Positions 27,967-36,445 of a stretch of 64,000 bases of DNA are shown one piece after another (position 1 is the stretch's first letter; the number at the start of each line of letters is the position of its first letter). The notes beneath the pieces were generated by a model. That model saw nothing but the letters and a program-made list of their open reading frames with translations. It was not told where the DNA came from and made no database searches. A program made the translations under genes and the position numbers. This DNA comes from an uncultured virus (IMG/VR IMGVR_UViG_3300036846_001441) (taxonomy: Duplodnaviria > Heunggongvirae > Uroviricota > Caudoviricetes), in IMG/VR virus record IMGVR_UViG_3300036846_001441; one strand, given 5' to 3'.

Positions 27967-28194
27967 ATGAGCAGGCGTTGGTGGATTGTGGAACATTCAT
28001 CACGTGGTGTGCTTGTGGACATTGATTATGACGGCAAACCGCGTTTCAATTGGGTGGATCCACGTGGATCAGAAAAGCACTGGTTATTTGAGACGGAGGG
28101 AAAAGCGCGTAATATGTTGGACCGAATACCTGAGCCTACACGTGCTCGTTGCAAGGTACGCGGATTCTACGAGGAAAGGAAAGGCAATGAGTAA
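27967..28194 (+). CDS. hypothetical protein
   Basis: RBS AAGGAG; 75 aa. Confidence 0.55.
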   Translation: MSRRWWIVEHSSRGVLVDIDYDGKPRFNWVDPRGSEKHWLFETEGKARNMLDRIPEPTRARCKVRGFYEERKGNE

Positions 28195-28233
28195 GGTGAG
28201 AACGAGAACGATTGTCTTAATTCATCAGTAGTA

Positions 28234-28272
28234 CATCGCCACTGCCCTTCGTGGAGGGCAGCACGATGCACT
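28234..28272 (+). repeat. conserved hairpin element, copy 3
   Basis: CATCG...TGCCCTTC-GT-GGAGGGCA-GCA-CGATGCACT. Confidence 0.65.
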
Positions 28273-28305
28273 ATTCCAGTGCGTCAAGCTGCAAGGAGGA
28301 CTCTA

Positions 28306-28710
28306 ATGTTGCGTACCAAGAACGGAACCAATGGAACAACATCAACCGACGAGCGCTCTCTCATCTCAATTCCCCGGACTCCCGCAGAGTTCAAGCCACC
28401 TCAGGCGAGCTCGATGATATTGGAGATGGCCAGCCTCTTGCGCAACGAGGATCATTGGGCACAAGTCTTGCCATACATCGACGCCATCGCTGGAACTGGG
28501 CCATCCATCTGTGGCTCACCCAAGTTCGACGAGGCTGGCCTCATCTTCAAGCTGAAGGATATCAGTAGTCACAATGGCTGTCCCTTATTGGCCAACTTGA
28601 CTCCTGCCCAGCTGTCGCCGATCGTCAAGCGTGCCTTGTTCCGCAATACCGGGGAGAGGATGCGTGCGCTCCAAAAGCAGGCCATCATGCTCAGGCTGGA
28701 GGCAAAGTAA
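28306..28710 (+). CDS. hypothetical protein
   Basis: RBS AAGGAGGA. Confidence 0.65.
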   Translation: MLRTKNGTNGTTSTDERSLISIPRTPAEFKPPQASSMILEMASLLRNEDHWAQVLPYIDAIAGTGPSICGSPKFDEAGLIFKLKDISSHNGCPLLANLTPAQLSPIVKRALFRNTGERMRALQKQAIMLRLEAK

Positions 28711-28780
28711 ACGGAAACAAGAATGGGCCAGGTTGACACGACTGGCCCATACCACAACGCAATAGAGAGAGAAGAGAGAA

Positions 28781-29575
28781 ATGAAATGCACATGCCCCAT
28801 GGGAGGAGATCGAACCTGCCCGGATGATTGCCCACTCGCAGTGTGGGCCAGCCTCAAGCCGAAGGACAGAAAGACTCAGCGCAAGCCAATTGCCGAGAAA
28901 CTCTACAAGCAGGGCTTCACGATGGAGGTGATCGCGAGGCAGCTCGGCGTGAGCCACATAACGATTAAACGTGATCTATCAGGTTTGGATCATCATGATA
29001 CAAACCCTCCCCGCCCCAAGGGCGGTCGCCCCAAGGGCACGGCTACCCCTAAGAAGACCGAGCGCCACAAGAAGATCATCGAGCTCAGCGACGGCGGAGA
29101 GAGCCCCGCCAACATCGCGTCCAAGGTCGGCGTCACCCGGCGTCAAGTCGATCAGGTCCTGCTTCGCGAGAAGATCAAGCGAGAGACGGAGGCGCAGACT
29201 AGAGCAGACGTGACGGAGGATCAACAGCTGGCCGGCCTCTCTGAAAAATCTAAGATGACAGTTCAGAGGGCGATCGACATCCACAAGAGGCGGCTGAACA
29301 AAGAGTTCGAGACCAGGGTCAACGCCGAGGTCCGGCACAGGATCGACGACGCCAATGATCACCTGCGAAGGAGTCACTCCGAGCTGAGCAGGGAGAATAC
29401 GTCACTCAAGATACAAGTCCAGCGCCAGACGGTGTACACCAGGAGTGAGTTCAACTTGCTGCTGCTGACGGCGCATCCCGACAACTCGGCCTCGCCGGAG
29501 ACGAGGGCCAAGTCACTGCATCTCTTGAAAAAGAATGAGCGAAGACTCGTCGGCTTCAATGGGAGCGGTGCATGA
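28781..29575 (+). CDS. double-HTH DNA-binding protein with coiled coil and C-terminal HPD motif
   Basis: GFTMEVIARQLGVSHITIKRDL; GESPANIASKVGVTRRQV; AHPDN. Confidence 0.7.
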   Translation: MKCTCPMGGDRTCPDDCPLAVWASLKPKDRKTQRKPIAEKLYKQGFTMEVIARQLGVSHITIKRDLSGLDHHDTNPPRPKGGRPKGTATPKKTERHKKIIELSDGGESPANIASKVGVTRRQVDQVLLREKIKRETEAQTRADVTEDQQLAGLSEKSKMTVQRAIDIHKRRLNKEFETRVNAEVRHRIDDANDHLRRSHSELSRENTSLKIQVQRQTVYTRSEFNLLLLTAHPDNSASPETRAKSLHLLKKNERRLVGFNGSGA

Positions 29576-29910
29576 AAGAAAACTATATTGGACCAGCGCA
29601 TCGGCCAGCTAGCGAGGCTCACATGATCAAGTTGGAGGAGGGCATCATCGACGAGTTCTTCGAAGACTGGTGCATCGGCGACATAGAAGACAACGTGACC
29701 ATCAGAGAGTTGGTCATGAGCAACGTGAAGACCGCCGTGATTGATTTTCTCTCTGAGATAGAGATACACGTCGATGTCGGCGGAGTGAGTCTCATTGAGA
29801 CGATTAACTGGGACACCGTTACCAGTCTGTCGTGGGATGAGATAGGAGGATACAGAGAGAAGGAGGAGGGGTGGCCAGAGCAGGCGCAGCGAGGATTCGA
29901 GGATTGCTAA
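29572..29910 (+). CDS. acidic hypothetical protein
   Basis: ATGA overlap; D/E-rich. Confidence 0.55.
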   Translation: MKENYIGPAHRPASEAHMIKLEEGIIDEFFEDWCIGDIEDNVTIRELVMSNVKTAVIDFLSEIEIHVDVGGVSLIETINWDTVTSLSWDEIGGYREKEEGWPEQAQRGFEDC

Positions 29911-30016
29911 GGGAGACTGATATGAGATCGAAACAGGAGACCTCCTCCTCCTGTTGCATCGTAATGCGATGCCTGATGAGATCATCGGCCAACCGCGAGA
30001 GAAGGAGAGTTCACAA

Positions 30017-30655
30017 ATGAAAGCAACTACCACTCAACGATTTGAAGAGTTCATGGCCGAGTCAAAAGACCTCGGCTTAAAGCTAAAGGATTCCCCTGAG
30101 CCACTTAACTTTATGGTGGATGAGAGAGCACTTGGCGGTAAGCCAAGTGATCCAGGCTTCTGTGACTTTGCTCGCGCCCTGAAGCTAGTGGGTGCGACAC
30201 ACGTCTTGTTCTTGGCCAAGAATGCCTTTCTCATTCTGCACGACAAGAGGACGAAGAAGCTTCTTGCCTTGCGCTTTGTACTATCCAGAGAAATCCAAGT
30301 CATGATCCTGGTCAAGGACACCGGAGGAAATGTGAAGCCTGGCATTTACACACTACAGGCCCCCCATGGCTCAAGCACGATGGCCGCGATCAAGAAAAGG
30401 GCAGACGCTGGACGAGCAAAGTGGAATGAAAAAACCGAGCAAGAGAAGCAGGCTCACAAGACAAAGGCCGGCAAGAAAGGAGCCAAGGCAAAGGCCGATC
30501 AGGAAGCAAGAGACAAAATACTAGTTGAGAGTCATTTTAGATCGAGAAAAATGACTCCTCCCGAGACCGTCACTAGACAACGTGGAGAAATGACTCGCGT
30601 CAGGCTCCAATTCAGGCGGTTCAACAAAAAAATCGAGAGTTACATAGAAGCCTGA
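30017..30655 (+). CDS. basic hypothetical protein
   Basis: RBS AAGGAG. Confidence 0.65.
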   Translation: MKATTTQRFEEFMAESKDLGLKLKDSPEPLNFMVDERALGGKPSDPGFCDFARALKLVGATHVLFLAKNAFLILHDKRTKKLLALRFVLSREIQVMILVKDTGGNVKPGIYTLQAPHGSSTMAAIKKRADAGRAKWNEKTEQEKQAHKTKAGKKGAKAKADQEARDKILVESHFRSRKMTPPETVTRQRGEMTRVRLQFRRFNKKIESYIEA

Positions 30656-30715
30656 AGATTGACGATGAGGTGGAGGCCAATGGCCTCCACCTCATGTATA
30701 GAAAAGGAAAACGAC

Positions 30716-31117
30716 ATGATCACTGTAAGACAAGCATCAAAGCCAAGGTCAAAGTGCAAGTACGTGGTACCATACTCCGATGACAATGGTCTCAGCCCTC
30801 TAGTCAATCTGCATGATTGGTTCAGATTTGCCATCATGTCTAGAGTAAAAAAGCGTTTTGAAAAGACGCTTACTGAGATGGAACAAACCAAGAATTTTGG
30901 AGAGCTGACCCGGGCCAACATAGGTGACTTGGTCATGTGGCTCAAACAAGACTTGACGGAGTTCGCCAAGAGATTGGATGCCTTGGTCGCCAAGATGGAT
31001 GACATACACCTACCGGTTGACAAATACTCTCACGCGTACGAGCTCTCTCAGAAGGGACGAATCATCAAGAAGAAGGCATCAACGAATAAACGATACTTGA
31101 GAAAGAATGGCGCATGA
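30716..31117 (+). CDS. hypothetical protein
   Basis: RBS AAGGA. Confidence 0.6.
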   Translation: MITVRQASKPRSKCKYVVPYSDDNGLSPLVNLHDWFRFAIMSRVKKRFEKTLTEMEQTKNFGELTRANIGDLVMWLKQDLTEFAKRLDALVAKMDDIHLPVDKYSHAYELSQKGRIIKKKASTNKRYLRKNGA

Positions 31118-31276
31118 GAGAGACAATGTTCATCCACAAGAAGATGTTCGACGCAACGGAGGCCAAGACGGTTGAGATCGTCGTGGCCAACGACAGGGTC
31201 TGGGTGAACGTCGATGGGGCCTGCGCGCTGCGAGTGTACAGGATCGGCATCATCTCCATCGACGACAGGAGGGAAG

Positions 31277-32383
31277 ATGAAGAGGCCTCCTGACACCCTG
31301 GCAGACCTCCTCTACAGGGCCACCTTCTCCAAGGATCAGCCCAGGATTGGAGGCCTCGTTGATCCACCCCGGCTGAGGAAGAGGCTAATGGATGCCAGAC
31401 GGTACGTGCTTGACGACGGTATGTCCGCCTTCCTCTCCGACCTCGCCAGCGTCGCCTTCTATCGGCACCATGGCTCCAAGATGATCGTCAGGATGTGTGA
31501 GCAGATACGCATATCCGCCAGGCTGCCTCACCCGGCAGTGTGGATCGAGTACAACCTTCAGGCCGCCCTGAGGAGAATCAAGGAGCTAAGGATAGAGGCC
31601 GGCATCGATCTCGATGATTATGACCCCCTGGCCGCGCCGGAGCGAGAGGGCTGGCTGATCGAGCGTCACCCTGGAATCGAGACCGCGTGCAGGCTCCAGA
31701 TATTCAACTGGGCGAGGGGAGGCTACGGCGACACCGGCATCGAGCTGGTAGCCTTCCCGGTGGCCTACGCCTGGACCAGCGATGACTCTCCTCTGCCGTG
31801 GAGGCCTCTGGTCAGTACGGCCTCCACCCTGGAGGCCAGTGGGCTGCGTTCCTCCAGCGAGCTCTACACCGGAGTCATCGGCTATCACTCCGACAAGATT
31901 GCGGTTGTCACCAGCGATGCCTCGACGAGTCGCGGCATGAAGACGGAGGCCGCCATAGACCTGATCAGGGAGTGGACGGGGACGATGAGGAGGGTGTGGG
32001 CCCTCCTTACCACCCTGACCGACATCCCAGTCTCCAGGCTGGACGTCAGGGCTACTCGTGGCTTCATGGGCAAGAGGCAGTACCACAAGTTTCTGGATCA
32101 CAGCGTCCTGACCCTGAGGGTGCCTCAGCGGCAGACCACAGTCAAGCTGGCGAGGAGCCTGATAGCGGCGGCGAGGAGGAGGGCCCACAGCGTCTCTGGT
32201 CACTGGCGCAAGGACCACAGGCACAGGGGATCGGCCAACTGTCATCACGAATGGGACGTCGATGGAGTCTGCCAGCTCTGCGGAGGCCATCGGCTATGGA
32301 TAAGAGAGCACGTGAGAGGAGATGCCTCGCTTGGCTTTGTCTCTCACGACTACGCGGTCACTCACGAGGGAGATAAACGATGA
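31277..32383 (+). CDS. phage protein with C-terminal R.H.V.GH.R motif (paralog of 33732..34676)
   Basis: RLPHPAVWIEY; RRAHSVSGHWR..C..W.....C..C...WIREHVRGD.SLG....DY.V. Confidence 0.75.
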   Translation: MKRPPDTLADLLYRATFSKDQPRIGGLVDPPRLRKRLMDARRYVLDDGMSAFLSDLASVAFYRHHGSKMIVRMCEQIRISARLPHPAVWIEYNLQAALRRIKELRIEAGIDLDDYDPLAAPEREGWLIERHPGIETACRLQIFNWARGGYGDTGIELVAFPVAYAWTSDDSPLPWRPLVSTASTLEASGLRSSSELYTGVIGYHSDKIAVVTSDASTSRGMKTEAAIDLIREWTGTMRRVWALLTTLTDIPVSRLDVRATRGFMGKRQYHKFLDHSVLTLRVPQRQTTVKLARSLIAAARRRAHSVSGHWRKDHRHRGSANCHHEWDVDGVCQLCGGHRLWIREHVRGDASLGFVSHDYAVTHEGDKR

Positions 32384-32461
32384 CGACGATTCTCGCCCGT
32401 GCCCCTTCCATGGCGAAGGGGCATGGGCGGCAATCCTGCCGCAACTTGGAGAACTGATCTC

Positions 32462-33106
32462 ATGAGAGTAGTCCTCTTGGCCATATTGACGACTGCGCTG
32501 GCTGCAGCCAATGCAGAAGCTTCGACGGTCTGCTTCAGCCCGGCGGCTGGTTGCTCACTCGGGACTGAGCAGAAGATATTCGTCGACCATACCCAGAACG
32601 GAGTAACCGCCGGCTTTGCCGACGTTGGCTCGCAGGCTGGACCGGCGGCGGATTTCACTTCGACGCTGGCGGACAATTTCACGGAGGCAAATGGCTTTGC
32701 CAATGTGAAGCCCGCGAAGACCACGAACGGAGGCAAGTTCTTCAGTGACCTGACCTTCTTCATCCCCGGTCACGCGTTCACTGACTTCGAGTACGATGTT
32801 CAGATGGACAACCTGAAGAGCACCAGCTTCACAGTCAGCGCCTTCGACGGCAAGACGCTGGAGGGCAGTCAGACCTACAGCGGTAACAAGCACGACGCCG
32901 ACCTGAGCTTCTTCCTCGCCTCCACCACCCCGCTGACCAAGCTGGTGTGGCAGGCCGGGATTGGCGCCGGCTTCAAGGAGATGAAGCACTTCGAGGTCAG
33001 CGGGGTCTCGGCTCTCGCCGCAACTCCCCTGCCGGCGACCCTCCCGCTGTTCGCGGGAGGCCTTGGCCTGCTGGGCTGGCTGGGCCTGCGGAGGCGCCCT
33101 GCGTAA
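32462..33106 (+). CDS. secreted protein with VPLPA-CTERM sorting signal
   Basis: Signal peptide MRVVLLAILTTALAAANAEA; ends ATPLPATLPLFAGGLGLLGWLGLRRRPA. Confidence 0.88.
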   Translation: MRVVLLAILTTALAAANAEASTVCFSPAAGCSLGTEQKIFVDHTQNGVTAGFADVGSQAGPAADFTSTLADNFTEANGFANVKPAKTTNGGKFFSDLTFFIPGHAFTDFEYDVQMDNLKSTSFTVSAFDGKTLEGSQTYSGNKHDADLSFFLASTTPLTKLVWQAGIGAGFKEMKHFEVSGVSALAATPLPATLPLFAGGLGLLGWLGLRRRPA

Positions 33107-33121
33107 CTGACTGAACGCAAA

Positions 33122-33146
33122 GGGGGTCGGGCTCAAGCCCGACCTC
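33122..33146 (+). terminator. hairpin after the VPLPA-CTERM gene
   Basis: GGGGTCGGGC-TCAA-GCCCGACCTC; no U-tract. Confidence 0.4.
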
Positions 33147-33166
33147 ACCCACACCAGGGGAGAGGA

Positions 33167-33439
33167 ATGATGAAGAAGAGATACAGCTATCAAGTTCACG
33201 GGAGAGGGGCAGAAGATCAGACCTGGTTCACTCGCGGAGTTCTCACCGCAGAGGCCGAGGGGAATTTTCCCGAGATGCCTGGCCTGGCCCTTCGCGAGTC
33301 GTTCGCTCAGCTCACCAATGGCAAGGCGGTGTTCGGTCAACCCGGCGTCGGATGCAAGGGGCCATATCGAGTCACCAAGATGGTCATCGAGCTCATGAGC
33401 GACAACGACAAGGTAGTCACCGCGTTCAGGAAGAATTGA
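33167..33439 (+). CDS. hypothetical protein
   Basis: RBS GAGGA; SF.QLT.GKAVFGQPGVGCKGPY. Confidence 0.7.
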   Translation: MMKKRYSYQVHGRGAEDQTWFTRGVLTAEAEGNFPEMPGLALRESFAQLTNGKAVFGQPGVGCKGPYRVTKMVIELMSDNDKVVTAFRKN

Positions 33440-33462
33440 GGACACTCCTCGAGGACATGGTT

Positions 33463-33698
33463 TCCCCGCAGCCGCGACGGCAACGGGCGAGCGTGAGAGG
33501 CGCTGCAAGGCTCGGTTCTGGTTTCCTCGAGGGGTCACGGGCGACAGTACCAGTGAAACCGAGCAAGCCGTCTTGAATTACCCGAGAGGCAACTCCCCTG
33601 CAGCCGCGGCGGCAACGGGCAAGCGTTTTAGGCGCTGCAAGGCCTGGTTCTGGTCCCTCTCGGGGGTTCAACGTTCCAGTGAAACCAGGCAAGCCGTC
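33463..33698. repeat. two tandem copies (33463-33572, 33594-33698) of a ~105-110 nt structured element
   Basis: Shared CCC.GCAGCCGCG.CGGCAACGGGC.AGCG...GGCGCTGCAAGG...GGTTCTGGT...CCAGTGAAACC..GCAAGCCGTC with compensatory changes. Confidence 0.85.
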
Positions 33699-33731
33699 AC
33701 CCCCAATAACCAAGGTGAAAGGAGAAGGCAA

Positions 33732-34676
33732 ATGCTCTGCGACGAGCTTACAGGAGACGCTCGCTTCATCGCGAGCTACGACGGAATGAGGGAGATGATC
33801 GAGAGGGTGGGCAGGTCACAGCGCTTCGTGCTGGCTCCAGATTTCGCGGCAGCCGCCGATGGCGTCGTCGAGAACGTGGAGGAGCTGGAGCGGGTGCTGC
33901 CGTTCTGCCGCCTGCCATATCCACTGTGCTGGATCGAGTTCACTCACGACGACAGGCCTCATTGGAATCCACAAGGCCCCTACACTGCAAGACCAGTGGA
34001 CGAGAAGAGGTTCCAGGGCTCGCCCAAGCGCGTTGGCTTCCTGCTGGAGGAGGTTGGCCGGTCGAGCCTCTTCAAGGTCCACATGTTCTGGTCCCTGAGA
34101 GAGGACAGTCGTCGTCCCTCGCACGCCTGGGGCAATCACAACGGCTGCATCATCGCGACGCTGTTCGACACCCTGCCTCCCCACGCCGAGACTCGTCGCA
34201 AGAAGGTGGAGAATGACCTGGACGCAGCAATGACTCCAATCTCCAGTGACTTTGGTCAGGGCCTGATGGCAACCATCGCCGACCGCGACAGGGGCGACAT
34301 CATTGACCGCCTCTACGAGTTCGCGGCAGAGGACTGGGGCGGAGAGGGACGCTTCATCGTCGCCGCCCTGGGCCTGCTCAACGCCAGGAACGCCATCGTC
34401 AGGATGGAGACCGACTACGTCAGGTCGAACCCCAAGCGCGTCAAGTGCGGGAGGCTCCCGCTGTTCTCCTACACGACCCTGAAGCTTCGCTCCACTCACA
34501 AGAGGACGGCTCACCTGCTCAGGGGCGGGAGGGTCATGGAGGGCAGGGAGCTGAGGGCTCACTTCGTTCGAGGGCACTTCAAGGTTCGTACCTCCGGCGT
34601 CTACTGGTGGAACATGCACATGCGTGGGAGCGTGGAGAGGGGACTGATGGACAAGGACTACAGAGTGGAGATGTAA
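33732..34676 (+). CDS. phage protein with C-terminal R.H.VRGH motif (paralog of 31277..32383)
   Basis: RLPYPLCWIEF; RAHFVRGHFK.R..G.YWW..HMRG....G...KDY.V. Confidence 0.75.
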   Translation: MLCDELTGDARFIASYDGMREMIERVGRSQRFVLAPDFAAAADGVVENVEELERVLPFCRLPYPLCWIEFTHDDRPHWNPQGPYTARPVDEKRFQGSPKRVGFLLEEVGRSSLFKVHMFWSLREDSRRPSHAWGNHNGCIIATLFDTLPPHAETRRKKVENDLDAAMTPISSDFGQGLMATIADRDRGDIIDRLYEFAAEDWGGEGRFIVAALGLLNARNAIVRMETDYVRSNPKRVKCGRLPLFSYTTLKLRSTHKRTAHLLRGGRVMEGRELRAHFVRGHFKVRTSGVYWWNMHMRGSVERGLMDKDYRVEM

Positions 34677-34678
34677 AA

Positions 34679-34915
34679 ATGACAATCAGAAGACGAGAGA
34701 ATGGAGCGAAGGTGTATTGGACCGGCACCGTCCCCATGAGAGACGACTTTGACAATCCCATCCTCAATCAGTTCGTGGACGGAAGAACGACGATGGGGCC
34801 ATGGGCCCTCATGAGCATGGACTCCTTCAATACCCATGGCGTGGGGCTTGGAATCGGGATGGGCCAGCATTACGTTAAGCAGGGCGACGGGCGCTGGCTC
34901 AAGGTCAATGGGTAA
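34679..34915 (+). CDS. conserved small phage protein
   Basis: FVDGRT..GPWALM...F..HGVGLG.G.GQ.Y. Confidence 0.7.
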   Translation: MTIRRRENGAKVYWTGTVPMRDDFDNPILNQFVDGRTTMGPWALMSMDSFNTHGVGLGIGMGQHYVKQGDGRWLKVNG

Positions 34916-35180
34916 GTTGGAGGAGAAAATGATCCAGGAGAGCTACAAGAGCGTCACCATTACCAGGGAGGCTGAGCGCTGCCTCTATGAGGCAACCAGG
35001 CACCTGATCAAGGGCGAGTATTACTGCACCGACCAGTCTCACGTAACGGTGAGGCTGAGCCAGAGGGTCTACTCACTGCTGGAGGAGATGATGGAGGATG
35101 GGGAGAGTGTCAGCGACGCCATCCTTCGGCTCTGCGAATGGCTCGAAAGGAGGAGGAGAATGACAATCAGTGTTACGTGA
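34908..35180 (+). CDS. putative ribbon-helix-helix/antitoxin-like protein
   Basis: VTVRLSQRVYSLL.....GESVSDAILRL. Confidence 0.55.
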   Translation: MGKLEEKMIQESYKSVTITREAERCLYEATRHLIKGEYYCTDQSHVTVRLSQRVYSLLEEMMEDGESVSDAILRLCEWLERRRRMTISVT

Positions 35181-35212
35181 GTAAGTGAGCGACAACGAAG
35201 GGAGCAAAGGAC

Positions 35213-35437
35213 ATGTCTCACATGGAAATACTCGACCACACCGGCCATACCAGGCACATCTGGGACCCAGACAATGAGGCCGAGGTCGCCGCGGCTCGCG
35301 CCCTCTACGACGGCCTCATCGCCAGGGGCTATCGCGCCTTCCACGTGAAGAAGGATGGAGACGAGGGAGTCAGGATGGATGGCTTCGATCCACGGGCGGC
35401 GAAGATGATCATGACGCCGGCGCTGAGGGGAGGATGA
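35213..35437 (+). CDS. 74-aa protein ending in Gly-Gly
   Basis: RBS AAGGA; LD.TG.T...WD.DN..EV..A...Y......GY.AF...FDP.A.K..M.P.LRGG*. Confidence 0.75.
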   Translation: MSHMEILDHTGHTRHIWDPDNEAEVAAARALYDGLIARGYRAFHVKKDGDEGVRMDGFDPRAAKMIMTPALRGG

Positions 35438-36045
35438 CGATGCCTCTCTACTGCACCACTGCCACTCCCACTATTATCTCAACTGACATGAGTGCCACTT
35501 CCACCGTCTGGGTCTCATGGATCGATTCCACGGTGACCAATTGCAATTACACCGGTGCCACGAATATCATCTGGTCCTCGTGGATCAACCTGACCCACGA
35601 GCAACAGGCCGAGGTCCTGCGTCATCAGGCGGCCATGGCTGCACAACGGCAGGCCAATTTGGAGACGGACCTGACGGACAGGCAATGGCTCGAAAGGAGG
35701 AGGCAACGGCAGGCCAATTTGGAGACGGAGAGGAAGTACTCAGAGGCAGAGGAGAGGGCGAGGGTCCTCCTTCGCGAGCACCTGACGGACAGGCAGCGAG
35801 AGGCCCTGGACAGGCACGGCTGGTTCCTCGTCGAGGGGGGCAAGTCGAAGAAGGAGTACCGCGTCAGGGGCAGCTCCTGCGCGGGCAACATCACGGAGCT
35901 GAGAGAGGGAAGGGAGGTCTCCAGACTGTGCGTTCACTCCGACTACTCCATCCCGCTGAGTGATCAGCTGCTGACTCAGCTGCTTCACCTGAGGCACGAT
36001 GAGGAGCACATGATGCAGAGGGCCAACAGAACGGCTCTCGGATGA
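35434..36045 (+). CDS. hypothetical protein coupled to the Gly-Gly protein, with an LCVH motif
   Basis: ATGA overlap; A..LL...L...Q.......GWF.V.GG.S...YR, LCVH....P..D.LL.Q. Confidence 0.75.
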   Translation: MTMPLYCTTATPTIISTDMSATSTVWVSWIDSTVTNCNYTGATNIIWSSWINLTHEQQAEVLRHQAAMAAQRQANLETDLTDRQWLERRRQRQANLETERKYSEAEERARVLLREHLTDRQREALDRHGWFLVEGGKSKKEYRVRGSSCAGNITELREGREVSRLCVHSDYSIPLSDQLLTQLLHLRHDEEHMMQRANRTALG

Positions 36046-36097
36046 GAAGCGGGGGAGGCGAGGACTCCCTCGCCTCTCCACCAAAGGAGAAAACAAA

Positions 36098-36445
36098 ATG
36101 TTCAAGATCGAGTTATTCTGCGAGGACAAGAACCTCGCCAGGGTGCTGAGGTCCCTCACCAGCCTGGCGCGAGGGGCACCCACGGTCCTCCCCATGGTCA
36201 ACGTGGAGGAGGAGGCCAAGCCCACAGTGAGGGCAGAGACCAATGGCAGCATGACGGCCATGCTCTCCGCTCACATCAAGAAGAATAAGCTCTCTGAGAT
36301 GACCGCGACGGAGCTACGCGACTTTGCCGCTGGCAGTGGCTTCTCGCGAGACTCATACAGCTACATCCTTCGGCAGGGCGAGAAGGCTGGCCTGCTGAAG
36401 AGGACGCCCCACAAGGGGCTCTACACCGTGGTCAAGGAGGCCTGA
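36098..36445 (+). CDS. putative wHTH protein
   Basis: RBS AAGGAG; C-terminal ..AGLLKR....G.Y.V wing-like motif. Confidence 0.6.
   Translation: MFKIELFCEDKNLARVLRSLTSLARGAPTVLPMVNVEEEAKPTVRAETNGSMTAMLSAHIKKNKLSEMTATELRDFAAGSGFSRDSYSYILRQGEKAGLLKRTPHKGLYTVVKEA

Noticed and set aside
33463..33698. Assignment as hammerhead/HDV ribozyme or c-di-GMP-I riboswitch
   Set aside because: No CUGANGA core, no HDV P4/J4-2, no GNRA/receptor pair; kept as an unassigned structured element
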